A stretch of 64,000 nt of DNA from the human T2T-CHM13v2.0 reference genome, Homo sapiens, in assembly GCF_009914755.1 (NCBI RefSeq), contig NC_060934.1; one strand, written 5' to 3'. The notes under the pieces were generated by a model. It ran no database searches and was not told where the DNA came from. It was given only the letters and a program-made list of their open reading frames with translations. The position numbers were made by a program, and so were the translations under genes. Within the stretch, counting starts at the first letter, position 1. The number at the start of each line of letters is the position of its first letter. Shown in pieces: positions 1-14,229 of the stretch.

Positions 1-690
1 TTTTTCTGTCTCTTGGTCTCTTGCTTTTGGTGTTGGAGGCTTGCCTCAAATGGCTGAGGATCCTTAGCTGTCCATTTTGTGTATAAGAAAGAGGTGCTTG
101 GGAGCTCTGAGGACATAGGGCTTGCAGGATTCCCCCTTGGAGGGTGAGCAGGAAATTACTAATACCATGGGAGAGTTTCAGTACCAGAAGGTGGAGGCCA
201 CAATACTCACATGAGCTGTCTTTTGCCTTCCCAGGTAGTTTATTCCAGTTCCTGAGAGCACACACTTCCTTCTCACATCCTTCCCTAACTGGATATGGAG
301 GGAAAGGGAGGCACTCCTCATAAAAACTTCAATTTAACCCCCTCCCTTTTCACCCCCATTCTGCCCTCCCACCCTCCTTCTTACCTGGCAACTTTGAGTC
401 TCAAACATCTCTGTGATGGGACATGGCAGGATGGCTTCCACACTGGCTGTAACCCCATTCCCATGTGTTCTAGGCTGCCTTTTCTTCCATCCTACGTCAT
501 CAATTTCTAATCAGTTTCTGTATTCAGTACATATGTGAAATCTTCTCTCCATTGATGTTCTATCCCTGTTCTCTTTGCTGTCTTGTGTTTATGCCTTTTA
601 AATTCCCTCACTGTCACTTTACAGGGGTGTCACTTTACAGGCAGAGGAGAGAGATGCCTGCTTTACTATAAGAACTGCAAACTCAAACTA
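1..690 (-). mobile_element. HAL1/old L1M 5' region fragment
   Basis: GAGGCTTGCCTCAAATGGCTGAGGATCCTTAGCTGTCC resembles the reverse complement of the recalled HAL1 segment ACAACCAAGGATCACCAGACATTTGAGGAAAGCCTC; extent approximate. Confidence 0.5.
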
Positions 691-804
691 TGCTCTCTGC
701 CTCCTTGGCCTGAAAAGGACCTTAGAGGCCACTGAGTCCATTTGAAATAGGGAAAACAAAGTTAGAGTGGGTCTAGCAACTAGCCAAAGAGGAATGTCCA
801 AGCG

Positions 805-955
805 GGGACAATGGTAGAGTATATTACTCGGAGGCCAGATGGGCTGGGCTTGAAGTCCTGGCTCCATCACTTACTACCCTTGAGAACTTGAGAGAATAAT
901 TAGCATGTCTGAGCCTCTTTTTCTCACCTATAAAATGGGAATAAAAATATAGACT
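805..955 (+). mobile_element. MIR SINE fragment
   Basis: MIR core TCTGAGCCTC...CTCACCTATAAAATGGGAATAA. Confidence 0.75.
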
Positions 956-1039
956 TATCCTTCAAGCATCTGGAGAATCCTTCTCTTGTCTCTTTTGTTG
1001 CTGCTTTGCTGAGCTTTAAATCTGTTTTGAAAAATAGAC

Positions 1040-1700
1040 TTTTTTCTTATTTGTGTTCTGGCTCCCATCAAAATGGTGAACTCCTGGAAGGCAAGGACTG
1101 TGGCTTAGTCATCTTTGTCCCCTCTATTAGGTTGGACAATTCCAACCTATTAGTGGAAACTCCAAGGATGTACCAGAGGGAAATGGGCAGAGACAGGTAG
1201 TGGTGGGCACCAACAGGCAGTCCTGGCAGGATTGTGTGCCTGTGGGCTCGTGTGGGATGTGGTAAGCAGGTGGCTGAGATGACAGGAATCTTTAGTGTAG
1301 CTGATTAGAAGGATGCTGGTGAGTGACCAAGATGAAGAAGATGGGAGGAGAGCAAGTCTGGGTGCTGGATCAGGTGTTAAGTTTGAGAAATGTGAAGTTT
1401 GAAGTGGGGCTCCCATGCAGATGCTCCATCAGACAGATGAAAGTGTGAAACTTGTGCATGGAAACAAATCTTGGATATCTCTCATATTGAGCTGATTGTT
1501 GGTCCCCAAGAAAAAGATGTGTTGCCTGAAAGGATGTGGAGATGGAAGATCAGAGAGCTAAGACAGAGTTTCAGGGAAAAGAGATATCTTTTGAAGATTT
1601 AGACAAGAATTGTAGCCCATGGAAAGAGGAGATTGCTTCAAGATAAAGCAGAGACCAGGAGAGGGCTATGTCTAGGAGCCTGTGAGTGGGGAATTTCAAG
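1040..1700. mobile_element. L2 fragments
   Basis: L2 3' motif AACTCCTGGAAGGCAAGGACTGTG and antisense L2 motif GTTAAGTTTGAG/GAAGTTTGAAG. Confidence 0.5.
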
Positions 1701-1719
1701 AATGAATGTTAATTGCTGA

Positions 1720-3815
1720 CCAGGTATTTGTTGATATTAGAAAATTATTGTGAAATTTTTTTGGTTGTGATAATGGTATTGTGTTTACATTTTGTACAAA
1801 GTCCCAATCCTTTAGAAATATCTACAGAAGGATTTACAGAGGAAATGATGTGATGTTTGGCATTTGTTTTAAAATAAACTGCTGAGCTATCTATAAAAGA
1901 CACACTTTAGATTCAAAAATACAAATAGGGTTAAAGTAAAAGGATGGAAAAATATACCATGGAAATAATAACCAGAAGAGAGCTGGAGCATCTATACTAT
2001 TAGCAGATAAAATAGACTTTACAATGGGACTTGCTTCCAGAGGCAAAGAAGGACCTGCATAATGATGAAAGGGTCAGGCCATTATGAAGACATAACAATT
2101 GTAAAAATATGTGCATCTGACAACAGAGCCTCAAATACATGAAGCAAAAAGCTGACAGAATTGAAGGCAGAAAGACAATTCAACAATAATAGTTGAAGAC
2201 TTCAATACCCCACCTTTAATAATGGATAGAACAACAAGGCAGAAGATCAACAGGGAAATAGAAGATTTAAGCAATGCTCTATACCAACTAGACCTAACAG
2301 ATACCTATAGAATACCCAACAAAAGCAAAATATACATTCTTCTTAAGTAGTCATGGAACATTTTCCAGTTTAGACCATGCTATGCCATGAACCAAGTTTC
2401 AATGAACTTAAAATAGAAAATGGAAAAACAATAGAGAAAGTCAAGGAAACTAAAAATTGTTTCTTTAAAAAGAATAACAAAATTGTTAAGTCTTTAGCTA
2501 GACTGACTAAGAAGAAAAGAGAGGTATCAAGTGACTAAAATCAGGAGTAAGAAGAAAATGTAACTACTGGTCTTACATAAATAAATGGCTTATAAGGGAA
2601 TACTATGAACAACTGTATGCCAACAAACTAGATAACCTCGGTAAAATGAACGAATTCCTAGATAGACACCAACTACAAAAACTGGCTCAAGAGAAATAGA
2701 AAATTTGAACAGACTTATAATGAGTAAAGAGACTGAATTAGTAATTAAACTTTCCACAAAAAAAATACCAGGGCCAGATGGCATCACTAGTGAATTCTAC
2801 CAAATATTTAAAGAAAAATTAGTAACAATCACAAACTCTTAAAAATAGCAGCAGCAGAAGAAACACTTCCCAACACATTCTGTGAAGTCAGATACCATAT
2901 TACCCAGATATCAAAACCAAAGACATCACAAGAACTAAAATTAAAGACTATATCCTTTATGAATATAGATGCAGAAATCCTCAGCAAAATACTAGTAAAT
3001 CAAGTCCAGCAACATATACAGAGGATTATATGCCATGATCAAGTAGCATTTATCCCAGGAATGCAAGGTTGGTTTAACATCTAATGATCAATCAAGGCAA
3101 TATATCATATCAATATTATGAATAACAAAACCCACATGATCATGTCAGTAGGCACAGAAAAAGCACTTAAAATGCAACATGCTTTTATAGTAAAATCACA
3201 CAACAAACTAGGAATAGAAGATGTAGTGAGTTGAATGGTGCCCTCCTCCTCAATATGTCCACATTCCAAAACCTGTGAATGTGACATTATTTGGAAAACA
3301 GGTCTTTGCAGATGCCGTTAAGGATCTAGAGATGAGATTATTCTAGTGGGCCTTAAATCTAATGACATGAGTCTTTACAAGAGAGAAAAGACATAGAGAC
3401 ACAGGGAAGAAGTTCATGAGAAGATGGAGGCAGAAAATGAGTGATGCAGCCACAAGCCAAGGAATACATAGAGTCACCAGGGGCCAGGAGAGGCAAAAAA
3501 GGATTCTCCTCCAGTGCCTTTGGAAGGAGCGTCGCCCTACAACACCTTGATTTTTAGACCTTGGCTTTCAGAATTGTAAGATAATGCATTTCTGTTATTT
3601 TAAGTCATGAATCTTCTGGCAATTTGTTATGGCAGCCTTAAGAAACTAATACAGAGGGGAAATTTCCTCAACCTAATAAAGGAATCCATGAAAAACCCAC
3701 AGCTAACATCATACTTAATGGTGAAAGACTGAATGCTTCCCCTCTAAGATCATGTACAAAGCAAGGATGTCTGCCCTTCTACTTGTATTCAGCCTTGTCC
3801 TGTAGGTCCTAGCCA
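1720..3815 (+). mobile_element. Old L1M fragments (3' UTR piece, then ORF2 endonuclease/RT remnants) split by an MLT1C LTR
   Basis: ORF2 hallmarks GACTTCAATACCCCAC, GGCCAGATGGCATCACTAGTGAATTCTACCAAA, CCAGGAATGCAAGGTTGGTTTAAC; sequence resumes at 3654; many stops and frameshifts. Confidence 0.9.
3222..3653 (+). mobile_element. MLT1C-like MaLR solo LTR
   Basis: TGTAGTGAGTTGAATGGTG start, GTCTTTGCAGATG internal motif, AAACTAATACA end; interrupts L1 ORF2. Confidence 0.85.
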
Positions 3816-3829
3816 CAACAGAAACAAAC

Positions 3830-4160
3830 TCATATAATAGAAACTTAACACAGCTAGATTAAGAAAAATGAGGAATTTATTGACACTAGTAATTGAAAAT
3901 ATGAGAATCCAGGCATTGCTAGACCTGTTTTATTATCAGAAATATCTTGAGGCTTTGCTTCTTCTGTGTTGGGTTACTTCTGAGGCAAGGTCTCCAAAAA
4001 TTGTCACCAGTTGCTTCAGGTGTACATCCTACCAGCTAAACAATGACAGCAGAAGACAGAGTACCCTTTTCCTGAAGTCCCCAGCAGAGGCCCTGGAGCT
4101 GGTTCTTACTGCCCAGCTGGTATTCCCAGCCCATCAGTGATCAAATTAGTAAGGCCAGGC
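3830..4160 (-). mobile_element. Old MLT1 (K/L-like) LTR fragment
   Basis: ACAACAGAAAC...AAATGAGGAATTTATTG antisense MLT1 signature. Confidence 0.5.
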
Positions 4161-4539
4161 CTCTTTTGGGTTCCTTTATTGGTTGGCTAAATCTTATCAC
4201 TAGGAAGGGTTTGATTGGTGCTATATTTCCTGAGAAATTCCCATTTGTTTTTATACATGGTGACACTTTGACAGGGTTTATAAAAATCATGGATCATATC
4301 CTGCCCACTTCCAACCCTTGAATTCTGTGAGTTTTCCTTTCATCTTTTGACATTGACTATTGCAGGGAGGAACATTGAGGCAAGCTCACCTGTGTCCCCT
4401 CATAGCTGACTTGATTTCTTTGCTGGGTTGCCCATTGGAGTTTTTATTTCTTGAGTAAATTAGTCTGAGAGCACAAACTGTAGCTTTGCAAATCTTATCT
4501 GCAGTTTCAGATCTTTCTTTATTTTAGGATGTTGTCTTC

Positions 4540-4925
4540 TGTCTCTGTCCATTTTCTGCTGCTGTAACAGAATACCACAGACCGGGTAGTTTATAAGGCA
4601 AAAAGTTTATTTGGCTCATGGTTCTGAAGGCTGGGAAGTCCAAGAGCATGGTGCCAGTGTCTAGTGAGGGTCATCCCATCACAAGGAAGGGCAAGAGAGG
4701 GTGAGAGTGTGTGAGACAGAGAGAGGAAATCAGGCTGAACTCATCATTTTTATCAAGAACCCACTCCTGAGATAATTAACCCACTCCTCAAATAACAGCC
4801 TTAGTCCCTTCATGAGGATGGTGCTTCCATGGCCTAATCATCTTTTAAAGGTCTCACCTTTCAACACTGTTTGTGGATTAAGTTCCAACACATAAACTTT
4901 TGGGAGACACATTCAAAGCATAGCA
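4540..4925 (-). mobile_element. MST/MLT1A-type MaLR solo LTR inside an antisense L1ME fragment (about 4430-5290)
   Basis: TGTCTCTGTCCATTTTCTGCTGCTGTAACAGAATACCACAGAC ... ACACATTCAAAGCATAGCA; flanks TCTTC/TTTTC. Confidence 0.85.
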
Positions 4926-5554
4926 TTTTCTATCATATCTTTGGCTATTTTTCTGCTTTATGAATTTTTTTTTTAAATTCAGGAACATCAAGAAAGCACT
5001 TGCTGTATGTAATTTATCTGTCCTGAATATCTGTCATTTTACCAATAGAGATTATCTCTTTGATTTTTTTATTTTGCATATTTCTCTAAAGTTGTCTTCA
5101 CGTCTTGATCCTGTATCTACTTCTTACTGTTTCTATTATAACTGTTTCTATAATAACACAGTTTGCATTTCTATAATTAATTTTATTGTTTTCTTTCATT
5201 TCTTTCCTGAAGTCTAATTTCTTGTCCACTTCAAGTCTGCTTTGGTCTTTTTCAAAGAACCTATGTTCTTTTTAATTTCCCTGGAAATTTAAAAGAGGGC
5301 TCTTGCCTCACACCCAAGATCAAGGTGGGAGGGGGATTGTATAAAGATCCAGGATGCATGAGAACAGCACTGAACTATCCTATCTCATAAGCATTTATTT
5401 CTTCAGAAATTGCTGAGTCATCATTTTTGCACCTAAAGTTTGACTGATGGAAAAGATTAACTGTCTTAATAAATATTATATTTTTGATAAGTATCTCCAA
5501 AATATTATGATTACACACATCAGTTTTTTTTGTACATCGGATTAAATGACTGAG

Positions 5555-5991
5555 TGTCTTAGCTTGGGCTGCCATAACAAAATACCATAGACTGAGTGGC
5601 TTAAACAACAGAAATTTATTTCTTATAGTTCTGGCAACTGCAAGTCCAAAACCAACGTACCAGCAGGATTGGTGTCTGGTGAGGCTCTCTCCTTGAGTTA
5701 CAGATAGCTGTCTTCTTGTTGTGTCTTCACGTGGCCTTTTCGCAGTGCATATGGTTGGAGAGAAAGAGAGGGAGAGTGAGAGTAAGAACGAGGGAGAGTG
5801 AGAGAGAGAAAGATAGAGAGACTTTCTAGAGTCTCTTCTTATAGGGAGCACTAATCCCATCATGAAGGTCCCACCCTCATGACCTCATCTAACCCCAATT
5901 ACTCCCTAAAAGACCCATCTCCAACTACCATCACATTGGGGATTAGGGCTTCAACATATGAATTTTTGGGGACACAATTCAGTCCATAGCA
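5555..5991 (-). mobile_element. MLT1A-type solo LTR
   Basis: TGTCTTAGCTTGGGCTGCCATAACAAAATACC ... ACACAATTCAGTCCATAGCA; TSD-like CTGAG/GTGAG. Confidence 0.9.
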
Positions 5992-6337
5992 GTGAGGCAC
6001 CATTAATTTTACCAGGTGACAATATGTAAATTGTATAGCAAATGTAAAATTACAGACATCTGCCTTACTCACTGTCAAAGCTGAATTAGAGAATTTCTCC
6101 TGTGTTCCAAGAGACTAAGATCAGATTCTTTACTCTCCAACCATGTTGGCCCTCACCCAGAGAACATACCCTCTCCAGGTGTCAGTAAAGCAAATGCAGG
6201 GAATAATTCTGTCTCCTGCCCATTCAGATGCAGCCAAGAGAAAGAGCCCCATCCTTGGAGAGAGTGAAGGGGTACAAGGCCCATCTGTCTAGGCAGGTTG
6301 TGGCACACACCGATGGTGGGTACCTGTGGCCAGTCAT

Positions 6338-6639
6338 CAGACTGTATAGGAAGCATAATGCTGGCATCTGCTCAGCTTCTGGGGAGGCCTCAGGTAGCTT
6401 ACAATGGTAGGAGCAGTAGAAACAGAGTGAGGAAGGAGGTGTTACACATTTTAAAACAGCCAGATCTAAGGAGAAACCTTATTCACTATCGTGAGGACAA
6501 TATCAGAGGGGATGGTGCTAAACCATTCATGAGAAATTCACCCCCATGATCCAGCCACCTCCCAGCAGGCCCCACCTCTAACTTTGGGGATTACAATTTG
6601 ACATGAGATTTGGTGGGAACACAGATCCAAACCATATCA
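6338..6639 (-). mobile_element. MSTA/MSTB LTR, partial
   Basis: GCTGGCATCTGCTCAGCTTCTGGGGAGGCCTCAGG ... CAGATCCAAACCATATCA. Confidence 0.85.
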
Positions 6640-6791
6640 GGCACCATTTGTTGAACTTCTTTGTGCTCCATTTTCAAGAAGTTTTGTTGAAAAAGGAAGG
6701 AGAGACATGGAGTGGTAATTGGGGGGGAAAGTGGGGTTAGGAGAGGCTGTTTTTTTTTCTTTAATTAAAAGAAAATAGCATTTAAATAAAC

Positions 6792-7102
<311 letters not shown>

Positions 7103-7108
7103 TGATAG

Positions 7109-7407
7109 TTTTTTTTTTTTTTTTTTAAGACAGGGTCTCCCTCCATCATTCAGGTTGGAGTACAATGTGGTGAACTCTGCTCATTGCAACCTCTGCCTTC
7201 TGAGCTCAAGCAATTCTCCTGCCTCAGCCTCCCAAGTAGCTGGGACTACAGGCGCATACCACCACACCCGGCTACTTTTTGTATTTTTTGTGGAGACAGG
7301 GTTTTGCCATGTTGCCCAAGCTGGTCTTGAACTCCTGAACTCAGGTGATCTGCCCGCCATGGCCTCCCTAAGTGCTGGGATTACAGGTGTGAGGCACGTG
7401 CCTGGCC
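7109..7407 (-). mobile_element. Alu (J/old S)
   Basis: Poly-T, full dimer; flanks GATAGT/GATAGT. Confidence 0.95.
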
Positions 7408-7839
7408 CGATAGTGTGTTTATGTGCTGAAAGGGATGATTCTGTAGAGAGGGGAACGTGATATAGGAGAGGGAGGATGGGTTGCTGAAGCCACGTTCTCG
7501 AATAGATAAGGGAGGATCTAACTATGGAAGCTTGGCTGTAATTAGACATTTTGTAGAAATCCAGATATCCCATACCCTTCAAGTCCCACTCTCTAGGAGG
7601 GTGGTGGTAAATCTCGGGGAAGAGCCCTCTGGTTTTGCCTATGGAAAGACTGGGTCTCTAGTGGCCCTGTGCTTACACTGAAGGGCCTAGGACAGGCTGG
7701 GTAATCTCTCTGAATCTCAGTTTTGGGCTCTGTTGTAAAAGGCAGATGATCCCACCCACTCCACAGAATCGTAAGTATTAAACAAGGCAATGCAAACAGA
7801 TCTCGCAGCATGGAAAATAAAACTGATTTCATCATTGAG

Positions 7840-8190
7840 AGATAACTATGTTTACCATTTCAGTGTATTTTTTTGTAACAGTCATTTTTCCAAATATATA
7901 AATACATACCTAAAAGAGTATCGTTCTATAATATGATTTTAGCACTTAAATATATTAAGGACAATTTTCCATGTCATTAAATATTTTTCTACAACATCAT
8001 TTAAAAATATGCAGATCATTCTAGTAAGTGGACTTATATTCTGTTTTAACCAATTCCTAGTGCAGACATCATGCAAGTTATTCCTTACTATTTTCTCTTA
8101 TAAACAGCACTGTTATGATCTTCCTTATGGTTTTACTTTTGCATACATCCATGGTTATTTCCTTAGGGCAATTTCCTGGCAATGGAATTT
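7840..8190 (-). mobile_element. L1ME 3' end fragment
   Basis: TTTTCCATGTCATTAAATATT...TTTAACCAATTCC...TTATTTCCTTAGG antisense L1ME signature. Confidence 0.65.
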
Positions 8191-8369
8191 CAGCTGAGTT
8201 GCCGACAAGTTCTTTTGCCTTCCTGCAGATAGAGGAAGGAGCAGATTTTGGGTGATGGCACAGCCAGCCAGCATGAACAATGGTACCCAAAGGGTGCTGA
8301 TAAACGGGCTGCTGTCAACCTGGAAGCAGGACTCTGGAGGCCAGAGATAAGTTTCTAGATGTGGCCTAT

Positions 8370-8800
8370 CCCCATCAACAAGTTAATTGCTGCCCTGGTT
8401 GAAGACATGAAGGCAAGCTTATCAAATATGAGGAAGCTGTGAGGTTGAGAAGGATATGCTGAGTGACAGAATCAAGATGCAAGGAGACCCTGACTGGCAG
8501 GGAGAATGGGCTGAAACAAACAGGAGAAACTGAAGGGGAAAATTGTAATGTCTTGAAAATGGTAACATTTCAAAAATCTAGAGAATACATGTGAAGGCTA
8601 GGGGAGACCTGGCAGGACATTAGGTCATTCAAAAAAACAGAGGTGTGGATGTGAAGTGGTTACCCCCAAAATTCATGCAAGATACTCAATAGACTCGGGC
8701 CATATCAGTTTGCGTGTAGTGTCCTGACCACATGTTGTCAGTGGATGTTGACAAGCTAGAGCTCAACCCAAGAAAAGATGATCAGGCTATTGTATGATGT
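8370..8800 (+). mobile_element. L3/CR1 LINE RT-region fragment (continues about 10962-11130)
   Basis: GACAGAATCAAGATGCAAGGAGACCCTGACTGGCAGGGAGAATGGGCTGAAACAAACAGG reads DRIKMQGDPDWQGEWAETNR, matching the CR1 DRxxIQxDLDRLExWAExN motif; downstream piece resembles GDMIxVFKYLKG. Confidence 0.75.
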
Positions 8801-8861
8801 AGACCATGGCTGTTCAGTAGAAATGTGATGTCAACCTTTTGTGTGTGTGTATGTGTGTATA

Positions 8862-9214
8862 CAGCTGGCCCTCTCTATCCACGGGTTCCACATCGATGGA
8901 CTCAACCAACATATTAAAAAATGTCCACAAAAGGAAAATTGGGTGGTTGCATTTTTACTGAACATGTACAGACTTTTTTCTCATCATTATTCCCTAAAAA
9001 ATACAGCATTAACAACTATTTACATAGCATTTGCTTTGTATTAGGTATCATATGTAATCTAGAGATGATTCAAAGTATATGGGAGAATGTATGTACATTA
9101 TATACAAACACTACACCATTTTATATAAGGGATTTAAGCATCCATGGATTTTGGTATCCATGTGTGTGTTTAGGGTCCTGGACCCAATCCCCCACAGATA
9201 CTGAGGGACAACTG
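8862..9214 (+). mobile_element. MER2 (Tigger-type MITE), full length
   Basis: TIRs CAGCTGGCCCTCTCTATCC / AGATACTGAGGGACAACTG and typical MER2 body. Confidence 0.9.
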
Positions 9215-9219
9215 ACATA

Positions 9220-9896
<677 letters not shown>

Positions 9897-9955
<59 letters not shown>

Positions 9956-10008
9956 ATATGTGTGTGTATATATGTGTGTATATATATGTATATATATAAA
10001 TATATATA
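9897..10008. repeat. Compound (TG)n/(TA)n microsatellite
   Basis: Direct observation. Confidence 0.95.
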
Positions 10009-10030
10009 ATTTCTAGTAGCCAATAATATA

Positions 10031-10170
10031 TTTTATTTTATTTTGTTTTGTTTTTAGAGATGGAGTCTTGCTATGTTACCCAGTCTAGTCTCGAACTCCA
10101 GGGCTCAAGTAATCTGACTGCCCAGGCTTCTGAGTAGCTGGGATTACAGGCACAAACCACCATGCCCAGA
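10031..10170 (-). mobile_element. Free Alu monomer (FLAM)
   Basis: Single monomer; TSD ATAATATATTTTA on both sides. Confidence 0.85.
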
Positions 10171-10398
10171 TGATAATATATTTTAGGTAACTCAAGATAT
10201 CAAAAACATTATCATTTCAGCATGTAATCCATATAACCACATTATTAATGAGATATTGCATTCTTTTTCCCCCTAAGTACTAAGTCTTTGAAATTTAGTA
10301 TGTATTTTACACTTCCAGTGCATCTCAATTCAGATGCTCATTTTTTAATGATTAAAATGAAATAGATTCCTACCAAAATAATAAGTTGTGTTTAGTGA

Positions 10399-10764
<366 letters not shown>

Positions 10765-11459
10765 TAATTTAAAAGTTAAATAATTAAAATTAAATACAAT
10801 AAAAGTTTTGTTTCTCTGTTGCACTAGCAACATTTCCAGTGCTCAGTATTCACATGTAGCCAGTGGCTACCAATATTGGATACTGCAAACTTTGAATTGC
10901 AATTTGTATTTCAGCAAATTCTCCATATGGTTCCTTTGCCAATGAAAGGTTGAGAAACCCTGTCCAGAGTTCAGGCCATGATTTGGGGGAATGTCTGAAG
11001 AAACAAAGTGTACTTTGCAAGCAAAAGGGAAAAAGCTCCAGGAAGCTATGATAACAATCTTCAGATAGTTAAAGGTCTGTTGTGTGCAAGGTGAGGAAGA
11101 TGTCCCCAAGTGGAAGAGCCAGGACCACAGGCAGAGGTGGGGTGGGGGTAGGAGGAAGGGAACTGGACTTCAGGAAGCTTCTTTAGTTAATTATCTCACT
11201 TAATCCTTGAAACAAAAGAAGTGAACTTGGATCCGAGTTCACATTTCACTTCTGCCAATCACTGTGCATCCTGAAGGAAGAATTAACCTCTCTGAACCTT
11301 AGTTTACTATCTGTAAAACAGGAAAAATAATAATCTGCCTCCTAGGGGTAATGTACAGACTATGTGGGCAAGGACCATATTTGCTACATTTACTGCAGCA
11401 TCTCTGGGCTTGGCACAGACCTGCCACAGAGTCAACCCTCAAGAACTATTTCTTCGTAA

Positions 11460-11780
11460 GGCCAGGCACAGTGGCTCATGCTTGTAATCCCAGCACTTTG
11501 GGAGGCTGAGGGGAGGACTGCTTGAGCCCAGGAGTTAGAGACCAGCCTGGGCAACATGGGGAGACCCTAGCTTTACAAAAAAAAAAAATTATTGTGCATG
11601 GCAATGTGAGCCTGTGGTCCCAGCTACTCAAAAGGCTGAGGTGAGAGGATTGCTTGAGCCTAGGAGTTCAAGTCTGCACTGAGCCATGATTGTACCACTG
11701 CACTTTAGCCTGGGTGACAGTGGGAGACCCTGACTCAAAAAACAAAAAAAAAAAAAAGAGAAAAAATCCAAAACACAAAA
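11460..11780 (+). mobile_element. AluJ
   Basis: GGCCAGGCACAGTGGCTCATG start, A tail, TSD AACTATTTCTT(C/T)GTAA. Confidence 0.95.
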
Positions 11781-12937
11781 AACTATTTCTTTGTAAACTG
11801 GCACAGCTCTAATTTGAGAAGGATGGCTATTACTGGTTCTAGCAGGCTCGTGATTTGAGGTGACAGGTTGTGTTTTTCAGGGCACACAAACCAACCCACC
11901 CCACATGCTCCTTCTTCCCACTGAAAGCCGATTTTTTTTTATTTACAGCTTCAAATTGATCTGAATCAATCTATCCTCAAACCTTTTCATTAGGCGAGTG
12001 AGAATAGAAGAGCAGGGAGGGGAGGTTGGGCTCCTCCACCTTCCCTTGCTCATCAAGTAGCAGTGGATCTCGGGCCATTTCCCCACTATTGAAACAAATA
12101 GCATCAAAGCGGAGTACTGAGTCACTTGAAAGTGGGTGGCTACTCTGGCCTATCAAAGTGTTTCTCTGCAAAAGACCCCACCACAGGCTTGCCAAGCCAC
12201 ATCTGTGCTTCTGTCAAGTAAACAAAGAATATCTACTGCTCTCAGGCAGGCACTAACATTAGCCGAGTAAGGGCTCTTTGGGGACCAGGGAAGGGAGGTT
12301 TGCATTTGAAAATGAACCACTGTACGTGGATTTATAGTGCTGCTTTTCCGACGGAGAGGGGGAAATATTTTTCTCTGGGAGATTAGAATTTACTAGTGGA
12401 TTCAAGTGTAACTTTGGAGAGTGGTGGAGGTATTAGATGTGGCAGTATCACAGTATTGTTTTATTGGCAATTAGATTTCAAACTGGCACGAATGTATGAA
12501 AATAAGTCTCAGTTATGGGCCTGTGAAGTTTCTCCACCATCTGCCAACAGTTTGCTCCTTATGCCACAACATGTGTACCTTTGGAGGGAAAATGATTTAA
12601 TAGCCCAAGTGAAGAGGTATAGCTCACCAAATTGTATTGGAGTTTATAGCCAATGCCTGCATTTATGATTTCTGATGCAGGGAAAGCAAATTTAAACTCA
12701 CATCCATGCGTGTGCATATGCACACAAGCGTGCATGCACACACACACATCCCTTCCAGGGCCTCATAGACTCACAAACTGTCAGAGGCTGAATACAACTT
12801 CAGAAGAAGTGAGCCCAACTTCCCCACTTTGCAGTTGAAAAAAATCAAGCCCAGAGAGAGCAAAGGACTGGTCCAAGTGACACTGCATCATGGGGCAGAG
12901 CTGGAAATATAACCAACAGGACACTTGGTGTTGGGGG

Positions 12938-13136
12938 CTGTGGTATGCTGATAAGTGTGTAACAACCAGTTCTCTGGGAAAATTCAAGTCCTGATTTGTA
13001 GCGCTTCCCTATTTCCATGGTGTAAACATTCCCACAGTGGCTGGTTTCATGCTACCAATGTGATATCACTGAATGTGGAGTTTGGAAGAAATGTGTCTTT
13101 CACAGGACAATATAAGCCAGTTCCACTATACCACTA
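12938..13136 (+). mobile_element. MER63A-like hAT MITE
   Basis: GTGGTATGCTGATAAGTGTGTAACAACC, CCTGATTTGTAGCG, GCTACCAATGTG, and the 3' inverted end ACTATACCACT. Confidence 0.8.
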
Positions 13137-13164
13137 GAAAGGGGGAATGAGCTTGCTGCATGGA

Positions 13165-13620
13165 AATGTGTGGTTCACTTGTCCAGCATCCACTTTCCCT
13201 TCTGGCAAGAGTGCCCCGATTTTTCCACAGGGCATCTACCCCTACCCTATTCTTGGCCCATGAGTTTTGGGTAGGATGACACTATCATCAGCTCTGGGGA
13301 CGACACATGACCCAGGACTGAACCATCAGTATATCCCATCTCCCTGGACATTGATTGGTTCAGGGATGGGCTTGTGACTCAGTTTGGCTCTCGGAGTCAG
13401 GCCCAGGATTTTGAATTACAAAGGAGTAGCCAGTTTGCCACCATAAAAGGAATGGTTGTCTGAGAATAGAGACAAACATAGAGGAAACAGAACTGGGAGA
13501 TGGAGAGAATGGGCCCTGATAATATTGTTTGCTCTGGGATCTATCCCTGCTTATGAGAATCAATCAATTCTCATGTTTCTTTATCAAGTATGTCATTTTT
13601 AACAGAAAGGCTCCTAACTG
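13165..13620 (+). mobile_element. Old MLT1 (K/L-like) LTR
   Basis: GACACATGACCCAGG...TGATTGGTTCAGGGATGGGCTTGTGACTC. Confidence 0.7.
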
Positions 13621-13802
13621 ATGAGTTTGTCTCTGGGAGTTATCCTAGAAAGTCTCTAGGGCCTTTGGGATCTGCTGTTTATTTGGAGTGTGAACTTTGT
13701 AGGGTCATGGGTTTTGTCTTTCTCAAAGAATTCATGCTTTTACAGAACCTAGCACAATATCTGATGTGTAGGAGATGCTCAGTAAATATTTGTTGATTGT
13801 CT

Positions 13803-14200
13803 TGTATCTGGCAGCTTTTGCTATATTATGATGCAGTAACAAACAATTAAATGGCTTATGACAATAAAAATTTATTTCTCACTCCTCTCTTTTGTCATTT
13901 ATGTTGGCTGCAACAGTGTTCCAGGTATGTTCATCCTAGGATCCAGCCTGGTAGAATGGCTCTCGAGGACATGATGTTCTCATGGCAGAGGAAAAAAGAA
14001 CAGAGGCAGAACTTTGTGGCAGCTCCTTAAGTTTTGGCTTAGATAAAGTACTTGTCACATCTGCTCATGTTCCACCAACTAACACAAGTCACGTGGCAGG
14101 GAGGTATACTCTACACAGTGATGCACTATGAGCCATAGGTATGGGCAGGGATTTATAATCAATGCTTTTATTGGTTGGGGAGTGATAATGGGAAACAATA
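13803..14200 (-). mobile_element. Old MLT1 (H/I/J-like) LTR
   Basis: GCTTTTGCTATATTATGATGCAGTAACAAAC...TTTATTTCTCAC. Confidence 0.65.
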
Positions 14201-14229
14201 TTGCAGGCAGATAAAGAGAGAATGTGAGA

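Noticed and set aside
5375-5863. 162-aa ORF
   Set aside because: Mostly read through an MLT1 LTR and its GA repeat.
7155-7582. 101-aa and 133-aa ORFs (also 9271-9615 and 10510-10704)
   Set aside because: Alu-derived reading frames with no independent gene evidence.
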